This document shows, piece by piece, positions 50,045-58,822 of a stretch of 64,000 nt of DNA (positions are counted from its first letter, which is position 1; the number at the start of each line of letters is the position of its first letter). The notes under the pieces are model-generated. The model saw only the letters and a program-made list of their open reading frames with translations, searched no databases and was not told where the DNA came from. The translations under genes and the position numbers were made by a program. This DNA is from Bacteroidaceae bacterium. Its GTDB lineage: Bacteria > Bacillota > Clostridia > Oscillospirales > Acutalibacteraceae. The DNA lies in contig CAVGCY010000055.1 of NCBI GenBank assembly GCA_963627915.1, positions 2,609-66,608 on the forward strand, given 5' to 3'.

Positions 50045-51409
50045 TTATTCAATACTCGAAAGAACCTTTGCCGCCACCGGTCCTGCGTTCGCAAGCCCGC
50101 CGCCCGCATTTTCAACCACTACCGCAAACGCGTACGGAAAATCTTCATCCTCAGAAAAACCGACAAACCATGCATGCGGTTTTTTATCGTCTCCGACTTC
50201 GGCAGTACCCGTTTTTCCGCAAAGGGTCAAGCCGTCGAACCGATAATCGCCGTAATAATTTTCAACATTCGAACGAAGAAGCGTTTTCATCGTTGAAGCA
50301 ACAGACGGAGATATGTTAATCCCCGAATCCTTATTTTCGTTTTTATAAACAACGTTTCCCTTTTCACCCGAAACGGAATCCACAAAATACGGCGTTATAC
50401 TCGTTCCGCCGTTGGCGATCGCGCCCATATAAAGCATCATCGAGTAAGGGTTTACAAGCGTCGTGTACTGACCTATGCCCGCCCAGCCGAGATCCGCTTT
50501 GCTTATTCCGTCGGCAAGATTAAAACGGCTTGATGAGGTGTCTACCCTGCTCGAATTGTACGACCTGCCCATACCCGTCTGCTCAAACGCGGCAGTCAGC
50601 TTCTCGCTTCCGAGTTCATCCGCAATCTGAGCAAAAGCCGAATTGCATGAACAATTCAGAGCCTCCTCGAATGTCACCGTACCGTGAACGTCATTGCATA
50701 TAACCTTTCCGTCGCCCGAGTCGTACTCTCCGGTACATTCGAACGTTCGGGTAAATATATCGCCTATATTTTCAACTGCGGCAAGCGCGGTAACCGTTTT
50801 AAACGTCGACCCCGGAACATAAAGACCGTTAAAAAGCCTGTTTATGTATATACCGTCATATTTTCCGGTATCGTCGGAATCGATATCGTCCGGCTTATCG
50901 AGAATATCAAACGACGGAGCGGAAACGGCGCATATAATCTCGCCGGTTTTGTAATTGTATACGCCTACCGTGCCTTTTCTTCCGTCAAGAGCGTTATAAG
51001 CGGTAACGCACAGATTCGCGTCAAGCGTCAGCTTCATCGAATTTTTATCCTCCGCGTTTACGCCGAAAATAAGACTGTATCCCGAAAGCTCTTTTTTATA
51101 ATTAGCCTGGATTCCGTCGGCTATAAATCCGCTGTTATCGCCGAGTATATGAAGCATTGCTTTTCTGATATTTTTATTATCGGAATAATACCTTTCGCCG
51201 TCCTTTGAATATGACAGCACTTCCCCGTTTTTATCATATATATCTCCGCCAGATGTCAGAATACCATGGGTGAACAGATGATTGTTTGCCGTTTTCAAAG
51301 CGTATTCCTCCGCATGTGCGAATATCGAAAAAATAAGGAGAACCGCGGCTGCCGTAAATACTGCGGAGAGAACGGCTATAATAAATACGCGTTTATTTAT
51401 CGTTTTCAT
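50045..51409 (-). CDS. Class B penicillin-binding protein (PbpA/PBP2-like transpeptidase)
   Basis: An N-terminal TM anchor, then SxxK (STFK), SxN (SCN) and KTG (KTGTA). Confidence 0.9.
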   Translation of the reverse strand: MKTINKRVFIIAVLSAVFTAAAVLLIFSIFAHAEEYALKTANNHLFTHGILTSGGDIYDKNGEVLSYSKDGERYYSDNKNIRKAMLHILGDNSGFIADGIQANYKKELSGYSLIFGVNAEDKNSMKLTLDANLCVTAYNALDGRKGTVGVYNYKTGEIICAVSAPSFDILDKPDDIDSDDTGKYDGIYINRLFNGLYVPGSTFKTVTALAAVENIGDIFTRTFECTGEYDSGDGKVICNDVHGTVTFEEALNCSCNSAFAQIADELGSEKLTAAFEQTGMGRSYNSSRVDTSSSRFNLADGISKADLGWAGIGQYTTLVNPYSMMLYMGAIANGGTSITPYFVDSVSGEKGNVVYKNENKDSGINISPSVASTMKTLLRSNVENYYGDYRFDGLTLCGKTGTAEVGDDKKPHAWFVGFSEDEDFPYAFAVVVENAGGGLANAGPVAAKVLSSIE

Positions 51410-52695
51410 CTCTTACCCGCCCTCTTTCTTGAAAAAAGTCCGGGATAGCTTCTGGAATCGGCGGCCTTTATAAAAGCAAGAAGTCCCCATGCGCATATCA
51501 TGCTCGAGCCTCCCCTGCTTATAAACGGGAGAGTAACGCCCGTCATAGGCAGAAAATCCGTTACTCCGAAAACATTAAGAGCAGTCTGAACGAGAAGCAT
51601 TCCCGCCGCGGCGCACGAAGCTATCGAGAAAAAAGTACTGCGAGCGTATTTTGCATTATACACGGCATAAACGCTGAGCGCGGCGATTGTAAACACAACG
51701 AGAAACGCGGTAAGCATGCCCATCTCCTCACCCATAAGTCCGAATACGAGATCCTCGCTTGCGGCGAATACGTTACGGAGATATCCCTTGCCGAGACCGA
51801 CTCCGAAAAATCCGCCCGATGCAAAGTAAATAAGCGTCCTCGTCTGCTGATATCCGGAGGAGTTCATATACTCCCAAATATGTCTGTAATTCTGAAATCT
51901 CGATAAAACATACGGTTTTACCGTTATAATAAGTATTCCGCCCAAAAGTGCGGCGGCTCCTATCAGGAATAACGTTTTGATATCGCCCGAACGCATAAAA
52001 GCTATAAGAATAAACGTTGCAAAGAATATAAGCGCCGTTCCGAAATCGAACATCAGAAACAAAAGCCCCACACACGCAACGGAGAACACTATATACGAAA
52101 GCAGCGAACGAGTATTTTGCAGTTTATCAAGCGTCGCCGCTCCGACATATATAAACGCAAGCTTTACTATCTCCGAGGGCTGAATCGAAATTCCGTGAAA
52201 ATAAACCCAGTTTTTAGCTCCGTTCACAGGCTCCGCAATAAGATACGTAAGAGCGAGCAATCCTATAGCGGCAATCGCCATCGGTATACGCATGTAAGCC
52301 GTACGTTTCGTATCCCGCATAAATTGAACCATTGCAATAAACAACACAAGCCCCGCAATTACAGCGACAAACTGAACCTTGAGTTTTTCCGGCGACGCGC
52401 CCGCGGTAAGGAACAGACTTATCGAGGAGAGGGTAAAAGCGGTCATTTCAATTCCTACGTGCATATTTATAACAATCGCAAACACAAAGAAGTAAACCCA
52501 TTCGATTATCACATATGCGGAAAAAATAATTACGGTTTGCGTAAAATAATCGCTGTCACTGTCGCTTAAAAGCGTTAATGACGCAAGAAGCTGAAATGCG
52601 GTTATGCATATCATAATTATAAGATTGACAAGTCCGTAAACGCTGCCCGGTCTGCCGTATGACATTTTCACGCCCCCGGCACTGTTTTTTTTCAT
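51406..52695 (-). CDS. SEDS-family peptidoglycan polymerase (FtsW/RodA)
   Basis: About 10 TM helices with conserved SEDS regions (QPSEIVKL, TDFLPMTGVTLPFISRGGSS). Confidence 0.92.
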   Translation of the reverse strand: MKKNSAGGVKMSYGRPGSVYGLVNLIIMICITAFQLLASLTLLSDSDSDYFTQTVIIFSAYVIIEWVYFFVFAIVINMHVGIEMTAFTLSSISLFLTAGASPEKLKVQFVAVIAGLVLFIAMVQFMRDTKRTAYMRIPMAIAAIGLLALTYLIAEPVNGAKNWVYFHGISIQPSEIVKLAFIYVGAATLDKLQNTRSLLSYIVFSVACVGLLFLMFDFGTALIFFATFILIAFMRSGDIKTLFLIGAAALLGGILIITVKPYVLSRFQNYRHIWEYMNSSGYQQTRTLIYFASGGFFGVGLGKGYLRNVFAASEDLVFGLMGEEMGMLTAFLVVFTIAALSVYAVYNAKYARSTFFSIASCAAAGMLLVQTALNVFGVTDFLPMTGVTLPFISRGGSSMICAWGLLAFIKAADSRSYPGLFSRKRAGKR

Positions 52696-53228
52696 CTTGC
52701 GTTACGCCCCCTTGTATCAGAACGCACGGAATTATGTCCGGACGAAACTTTGTGCGTTTTTTCTCCTCTCGAAGCTCGTCTTTTCGACACCCTGACATTC
52801 TTTGCTCTGCCGCCGCCCGCTCGTGAAGCCGGCGGCTCGCCGTCATAAAAAGTAAATTCGCCCGCGCCTATCTGTATAACATCTCCGCTTTTAAGCTCGG
52901 ACTTTCTGTCAATTGCCTTTCCGTTTACAAACGTACCGTACGACGAATGAGTATCGTATATCATCCATCCGTTCTGAGAATTTGACAGCACAGCGTGAAA
53001 GCGCGACACCGACATATACGTCAGCACAATATCACACGTCTTAGCCTTGCCTATCGACGTTTCCGCATGGCTGATATCAATAAGTCCGCCGTCGAAATCG
53101 TCAACAAGAGTCGCCTTTATCGTACGTTTCGCAGGACGTATAAACAGCGAAACAACAGAAACTGCAAGAATTATAAAAAGCAGTGCAAACATAACGGCTC
53201 TTATTACGAAAGCAGTTGTAAACGTCAT
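52692..53228 (-). CDS. Membrane-anchored FHA-domain protein (FhaB/FipA-like)
   Basis: An N-terminal TM helix and an FHA core (IGKAKTCDIVLTYMSVSRFHAVL ... GTFVNG). The C-terminal tail is R/S/G-rich. Confidence 0.85.
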   Translation of the reverse strand: MTFTTAFVIRAVMFALLFIILAVSVVSLFIRPAKRTIKATLVDDFDGGLIDISHAETSIGKAKTCDIVLTYMSVSRFHAVLSNSQNGWMIYDTHSSYGTFVNGKAIDRKSELKSGDVIQIGAGEFTFYDGEPPASRAGGGRAKNVRVSKRRASRGEKTHKVSSGHNSVRSDTRGRNAR

Positions 53229-53272
53229 GCAAATTTCCTCCCGCCGACCGATAATTTAAATAACACATGTAT

Positions 53273-53301
53273 ATAATATATTTATTTATATAAAAAGTCA
53301 A
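53273..53301 (-). promoter_or_regulatory. Sigma-A type promoter of the FHA-RodA-PBP-ABC operon
   Basis: TTGACT, a 17-nt spacer, then TATTAT on the minus strand, about 45 nt upstream of the ATG at 53228. Confidence 0.55.
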
Positions 53302-53335
53302 CAACGTTTAAAATTATTACAGCAAAATTACAATA

Positions 53336-53363
53336 TTGACTTACCCTGCGAATTGTGTATAAT
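53336..53363 (+). promoter_or_regulatory. Sigma-A type promoter of galM
   Basis: TTGACT, a 16-nt spacer, then TATAAT, about 38 nt upstream of the ATG at 53401. Confidence 0.6.
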
Positions 53364-53400
53364 TATCGATAGTATCAATAATAAACTCGGAGGCTTGATT

Positions 53401-54447
53401 ATGTCTGTAAAAAAGATATTTTTCGGAGAAAAACCGAACGGAGATAAAATAGAAAAATACATAATAGAAAATATAAACGGCACCAAAGCGGGGATTCTCA
53501 CTCTCGGAGCCACTCTCGCCGATATGATTGTCAGGGATAAAAACTCCGGTGAAAGGGACGTTGCCTTGGGCTTTGACAGTCTTGAGGGCTATCTCACACT
53601 CTGGGATTATCAGGGGGCGGTTGTCGGTCCGTGCGCAAACAGAATCGGAGGCGCGTCTTTTGAAATCGATGGAAAAAAATACGCCGTTACGGCGAACGAA
53701 AAGGGTATAACATGTCTACACTCCGCCGGCGAATTTAACAATGCCGTTTGGAATGCCGACATTATAGATGACAAGTCGATTTCCTTTACATACAGAAGCC
53801 CCGACAAAGTAAACGGTTTCCCCGGAAATATTGACGCGAAGGTTACGTATACCCTTTCAGACAATAACGAACTCAGCATAGATTACGAAGCGGTTTCCGA
53901 CAAAAAAACGCCCATAAACCTCACAAATCATGCATATTTCAATTTAAACGGATACGACGGCGGCGACATTCTCTCACATACGCTTAAACTTAACTGTTCA
54001 CACTTTACTCCCGTTGACAAAAACAGTATTCCAACCGGCGAAATAAAAGATGTAAAGGGAACGCCCTTTGCATTCACAACGGCAAAAAAAATAGGTCTTG
54101 ACATTGACAAAAAGGACGAACAGCTCATATTCACGGGCGGATTTGACCATAATTTCTGCATAGACGGATTCGACGGCGGTTTAAGAGAAGCCGCCGAAGC
54201 ATACAGTGAAGAATCGGGCATATGCCTTAACGTACTCACAACGCTCCCGGGCGTTCAGTTCTACGCGGGCAACTTTCTTAAAGGCGACAAGGGCAAAAAC
54301 GGCGTTCCCATGAACTATAGAAGCGGATTCTGCCTCGAAACTCAGTATTACCCCGACAGCGTAAACAGACCCGAATTTCCGTCCTGCATATTTGACGCAG
54401 GTGAAAAATACACTTCAAAGACCGTTTTTAAATTTTCTGTCAAGTAA
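53401..54447 (+). CDS. galM: Aldose 1-epimerase (galactose mutarotase)
   Basis: Mutarotase motifs are present (GPCANRI, LTNHAYFNL, CLETQYYPDS). ATG 53401 follows GGAGG. Confidence 0.9.
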   Translation: MSVKKIFFGEKPNGDKIEKYIIENINGTKAGILTLGATLADMIVRDKNSGERDVALGFDSLEGYLTLWDYQGAVVGPCANRIGGASFEIDGKKYAVTANEKGITCLHSAGEFNNAVWNADIIDDKSISFTYRSPDKVNGFPGNIDAKVTYTLSDNNELSIDYEAVSDKKTPINLTNHAYFNLNGYDGGDILSHTLKLNCSHFTPVDKNSIPTGEIKDVKGTPFAFTTAKKIGLDIDKKDEQLIFTGGFDHNFCIDGFDGGLREAAEAYSEESGICLNVLTTLPGVQFYAGNFLKGDKGKNGVPMNYRSGFCLETQYYPDSVNRPEFPSCIFDAGEKYTSKTVFKFSVK

Positions 54448-54533
54448 ATTTAAGGATACTTCAAGAATTTTTATTTATAATTACAGTCGGAGCGTTATGT
54501 GCGTTCCGGCTGATTCGTTTACATATTTTTAAC

Positions 54534-54562
54534 TTGACTTAACTTTATAAATATTATATTAT
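54534..54562 (+). promoter_or_regulatory. Candidate sigma-A promoter of the surface-protein gene
   Basis: TTGACT, a 17-nt spacer, then TATTAT. TATAAT is an alternative 3 nt further on. Confidence 0.45.
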
Positions 54563-54615
54563 AATATTTGACGATCGAAGAGCGGGACAGCTTCGGTTTG
54601 ATAGGAGTAGATTTT

Positions 54616-56502
54616 ATGAAATTTCGCAGAATAACAGCGTTAATACTCGCCGCCGTAATGATGATTCCCGCATTATCGTTTGCGGCTTCGGCTATCGTGC
54701 TTGCCGAAACGCAATATAACTATAACGAGGCAAATCCTTCCTGGCTTAAGGATCTTGTTGTTATGGAACAGCTCAATTTAGATGACGCGGTCGAAGGAAA
54801 GCTTAACAAGATTTCACCCGACGCGGAGTATGAATATACCGAAACAGCCGAAACATTCAAAGAAACCGTCGCTTACTATGACATGCTCTACAGACTTGAC
54901 GAGGACTCGAGGAAAGCGGCTTATTTATATGTTCTCGATTATCTTAATCTCTTTTCTTCCGCTTCAAGCGGAAGCGTTTCGGATGAGTATATTAAATACT
55001 GGCTTGAAAGCGCGGGAATCGTATATCCCGAACAGGAAACCTCTCTCACTCCCGTGCTTGCGCGCGCGCTCTATTCGCTGCTCACGTCATCCGATTCAAA
55101 ATATACCGTGGAAAAGGGTACCGACCTCGAAACAGCCGTTATGGCGTACGCTGCAGAAGCATTCGGAGTTGACATAAACACGCTGCGCAAATATTCACAG
55201 GCGGAAATTCTTACGCTCGACCAGTACGTAACGGCGGCATGCCGCTACACGCTCTATCTGAAGGGCTATAAAGTCGACAAGGATACGGACGAAAAGGAAG
55301 TTGCCCGTCTGATGACGGTATATGTTATAGAAAGTCAGGGTATAGCCGTCGATCCGGATAATATAACATTTGACGAGCTTCAGACAAAATACACGACCGC
55401 TATGCTCGGCAAAATATACGGCGTAACCCCCGACCCCGACATGATGAAGCAGGCTGTGGATTCAAACTCCGTCGCTTCATATATTCTCCAGCTTATCGGA
55501 AAAAAATACAATTTAACAGTAAGAAGCAATCTTTCATATGACGAAATGTTCGTCCTTGTTCGCGACAACACGGATTATTTCAAATTAGAGGACAACGAAT
55601 TTTACGCCGATATCGATAAATATAAAGTCAATCTCGACTACAAACGCGAAAGAATCTGGGTCATGCCTACGGCAATTACCGATACGAACATCACATCCGG
55701 CTGCGTGGTCGAAATATTCATAGACGGGCAGCAGGTAAAGGATAACTATTTTACGAAAGTATCGCTCGATACGTCAAAAGCATCTCAAACCGTAACCGTA
55801 CGCGTTGATTATTACAAAACCGGTGAGGAAAAAAAGACTTCAAATTATTATCTTGAAGTTTATCAGGGAACGGAAGCTCCCCCGCAAAACGACAATCCCA
55901 TATCGGATATAATATCATCATCATCCGAGCGTATTAATCAAATAAAAGATTCCCTCGGCACGGATTCCGTATTTTCCGATATATTTCAGAATATCAACTT
56001 CAATCTGCCTCAGAGGGTTCTGAGCATAATGTCACTGCTTGTTCCCAGTTTCACAAACGGCCTCGGAAACGGATATCAGTATATAAAAAAAATATTCGGC
56101 TTCGCTGACGACGCTCAGACCGGAACGATAACCACCGACAGTATAAGCGGAGTCGGAGGAGTCGAGAGCTACTTGCAGTCAGGCTCTTCGGGAGTCAGCA
56201 TTCCCGTATCCACTCAGCTTATAACAAATAATTTGGTATCCTCCGGCTCACAGCATGTTACATATGCCGGCGTTGACAAATACGTCGTCGAGCCCGCTAC
56301 GGGAAGCATCAGCTATACGGATACGGGAAGCGACAAAACATTCTCATTCGGAGATGAAAACGTCATTCTTGCGGTCGCACTTTTTATAATGGCAGCGGCA
56401 ATAATAGCCGTCGGAATAGCATTCGCCGTGAAATTCAACGGCAAACGTTCATCCGGTTCGAGAAAGAAATCACATCGTAAGAGCCGAAGAACAGGAAGAT
56501 AA
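54616..56502 (+). CDS. Surface protein with a cadherin-like beta-sandwich domain and a C-terminal TM anchor
   Basis: Signal peptide MKFRRITALILAAVMMIPALSFAASA. A cadherin-like segment is present (YKVNLDYKRERIWVMPTA ... TVTVRVDYY ... YYLEVYQG). A C-terminal TM helix is followed by a basic tail. Confidence 0.75.
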   Translation: MKFRRITALILAAVMMIPALSFAASAIVLAETQYNYNEANPSWLKDLVVMEQLNLDDAVEGKLNKISPDAEYEYTETAETFKETVAYYDMLYRLDEDSRKAAYLYVLDYLNLFSSASSGSVSDEYIKYWLESAGIVYPEQETSLTPVLARALYSLLTSSDSKYTVEKGTDLETAVMAYAAEAFGVDINTLRKYSQAEILTLDQYVTAACRYTLYLKGYKVDKDTDEKEVARLMTVYVIESQGIAVDPDNITFDELQTKYTTAMLGKIYGVTPDPDMMKQAVDSNSVASYILQLIGKKYNLTVRSNLSYDEMFVLVRDNTDYFKLEDNEFYADIDKYKVNLDYKRERIWVMPTAITDTNITSGCVVEIFIDGQQVKDNYFTKVSLDTSKASQTVTVRVDYYKTGEEKKTSNYYLEVYQGTEAPPQNDNPISDIISSSSERINQIKDSLGTDSVFSDIFQNINFNLPQRVLSIMSLLVPSFTNGLGNGYQYIKKIFGFADDAQTGTITTDSISGVGGVESYLQSGSSGVSIPVSTQLITNNLVSSGSQHVTYAGVDKYVVEPATGSISYTDTGSDKTFSFGDENVILAVALFIMAAAIIAVGIAFAVKFNGKRSSGSRKKSHRKSRRTGR

Positions 56503-56544
56503 ACCAATTAATTTAATATTTCGGATAAAGAAGAGGAGAAAAAC

Positions 56545-57234
56545 ATGGCTAACGAAAAAATAATGATCGTCGACGACGACATTAACATCTGCGAACTTAT
56601 ACGTCTGTATCTCGAAAAAGAGAAATATACGACCGTAATTGTCAACGACGGTCTTGAGGCGGTACAGACATTCAACGAGGTTAATCCCGATCTCGTACTG
56701 CTTGATATAATGTTGCCCGGACTTGACGGATGGCAGGTTTGCAGAAAAATAAGAAACAATTCCAACGTTCCCATTATAATGCTTTCGGCAAAAAGCGAAA
56801 CGTTCGATAAATGTCTTGCTCTCGAACTCGGCGCGGACGACTATATATCAAAACCCTTTGAAACAAAAGAGGTTCTTGCAAGAATCAAAGCGGTTCTGAG
56901 ACGTTCGGCTTCCGTTATGACCGAGCAGGTCAACGAGGTTCACTATGACAAGCTGTCGATTAACATCACGAACTATGAGCTTAAAGTCAACGGAGTCGTT
57001 GTGGATACTCCGCCAAAAGAGCTTGAGCTTATTTTCCACCTTGCAAGCAATCCGAACCGCGTATTTACAAGGGATCAGCTTCTTGACGAGGTATGGGGAT
57101 TCGACTATTACGGAGATTCAAGAACCGTCGACGTCCACGTAAAAAGACTTCGTGAGAAATTTGAGGGAGTATCCGACAAATGGGAGCTTAAAACCGTTTG
57201 GTCGGTAGGATATAAATTTGAAACAAAGGATTGA
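56545..57234 (+). CDS. OmpR-family response regulator (WalR/CssR-like)
   Basis: A receiver domain (IMIVDDD, LLDIMLPGLDG, LSAK) plus a winged helix (RVFTRDQLLDEVWG). Confidence 0.93.
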   Translation: MANEKIMIVDDDINICELIRLYLEKEKYTTVIVNDGLEAVQTFNEVNPDLVLLDIMLPGLDGWQVCRKIRNNSNVPIIMLSAKSETFDKCLALELGADDYISKPFETKEVLARIKAVLRRSASVMTEQVNEVHYDKLSINITNYELKVNGVVVDTPPKELELIFHLASNPNRVFTRDQLLDEVWGFDYYGDSRTVDVHVKRLREKFEGVSDKWELKTVWSVGYKFETKD

Positions 57235-57243
57235 GATATCCAA

Positions 57244-58761
57244 GTGAATAAGTCGGACGACAAAATACCGGCGTCCATCCCGAAACAGAGCGTATCGCTG
57301 TTTAATAAATATTTCAAATTTTTCTCGGTCACGTTTCTGATTTGCCTTACCCTGCTAAGTCTTACGCTTATGTTTTTCATAGCCGACTATTGGGAGGATC
57401 AGAAAAAACTTGATTTGTACAATGCCGCAAGTAACGTTGCGGCATTTTGTTCAAATTCGACCGAGATGAGCGATGACGGGGAGTACGGAGAAACGCTGAA
57501 AAACACCATTAACAACATAGCCGGGGTTTCCGGCGCGGACATTCTTATTGTAAACTCACAGCCCGATAACGCATATGTAAAATACTGCGGCTGCGCGGAC
57601 AAGAGCGAGGGCGAATCCGTCTGCAAAAAACACAGAGGAATAAAAATTCCCGGGGAGATTATAACAAGCATGCTTGTTGAGGATCAGTTTACAAACGTCG
57701 GTACGCTCTCGGGAACGCTTAAAAACAATCATTTTATCGCTTCATCAAAAATTCTTGACAAAAACAGGAATACAATCGCCGTCGTAATTGTCATACAACA
57801 GTTAAGCAGCGGCCTTAAACCGTATCTCGAATCATTCATAAAAACATTTACGGTCGCAATCGTTGTCTCGCTCTTTACGGTCAGTATCGGAGTTTACATA
57901 GCGGCATACTCGCTTACCAAACCCATGAAGCAGATAGCCGAAGCTACGCGTCATTTTTCGGACGGTGATTTCAGCTTTCGCATTAAAGTCCATCAGGGAA
58001 AGCAGAGCGTACGCGAAATAGACGAACTTCAATATGCGTTCAACTCAATGGCGGACGCGCTCGAGGATCTTGAAAAATCGCGTTCGAGTTTTGTCGCAAA
58101 CGTTTCGCACGAATTAAAAACGCCTATGACCACTATAGGCGGATTTATCGACGGAATGATTGACGGAACGATTGACGAGGAACGGCGCGGATATTATTTA
58201 AAAATAGTTTCCGATGAAGTAAAAAGGCTCTCCCGACTTGTCGTTTCAATGCTCAACATGTCAAAAATAGAATCCGGAGAATTAACGCTCAACGTTTCAA
58301 AATTCAATATATCGGATATGCTTTTAAAAATATTCCTGTCATTTGAACGCCAGCTTGAAGCTAAAAAAATAAACGTCGAGGGACTTGTCAAGCTTGGAAG
58401 CGTAAGCATTGAAGCAGACCCGGACATGATAAATCAGGTTTTTTACAATCTTGTCGACAATGCCGTCAAGTTCACGGATTACGGCGGAACCATTTCCATA
58501 AAAACAGAAACGGACGGAGAATATTTCACCGCATACCTTAAAAATACGGGCAAGGGAATCAGCCCCGAGGATCTTGAAAGAATTTTCGACAGATTCTACA
58601 AGGCTGACAAATCACGCTCGCTCGACTCAAAAAGCGCGGGGCTCGGATTATTTATAGTTAAAAGTATAGTCGAGCTTCACGACGGAAAAATATATGCTGA
58701 CAGCGTTCAAAATGAATTTACACAATTTACAGTTAAATTAAAGGTACGGCTTATACAATAA
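57244..58761 (+). CDS. Sensor histidine kinase with a HAMP domain (WalK/CssS-like)
   Basis: Two TM helices around a loop of about 150 aa, a HAMP domain, an H-box (SHELKTPM), an N-box (DNAVKFT) and a G-box (GLGLFIV). The start codon is GTG. Confidence 0.92.
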   Translation: MNKSDDKIPASIPKQSVSLFNKYFKFFSVTFLICLTLLSLTLMFFIADYWEDQKKLDLYNAASNVAAFCSNSTEMSDDGEYGETLKNTINNIAGVSGADILIVNSQPDNAYVKYCGCADKSEGESVCKKHRGIKIPGEIITSMLVEDQFTNVGTLSGTLKNNHFIASSKILDKNRNTIAVVIVIQQLSSGLKPYLESFIKTFTVAIVVSLFTVSIGVYIAAYSLTKPMKQIAEATRHFSDGDFSFRIKVHQGKQSVREIDELQYAFNSMADALEDLEKSRSSFVANVSHELKTPMTTIGGFIDGMIDGTIDEERRGYYLKIVSDEVKRLSRLVVSMLNMSKIESGELTLNVSKFNISDMLLKIFLSFERQLEAKKINVEGLVKLGSVSIEADPDMINQVFYNLVDNAVKFTDYGGTISIKTETDGEYFTAYLKNTGKGISPEDLERIFDRFYKADKSRSLDSKSAGLGLFIVKSIVELHDGKIYADSVQNEFTQFTVKLKVRLIQ

Positions 58762-58822
58762 GGGCAGAAAGTACAAAACATACTTTCACAAAAAAGCCAA
58801 TTTTATCAAGGAGGTCTTTTTT

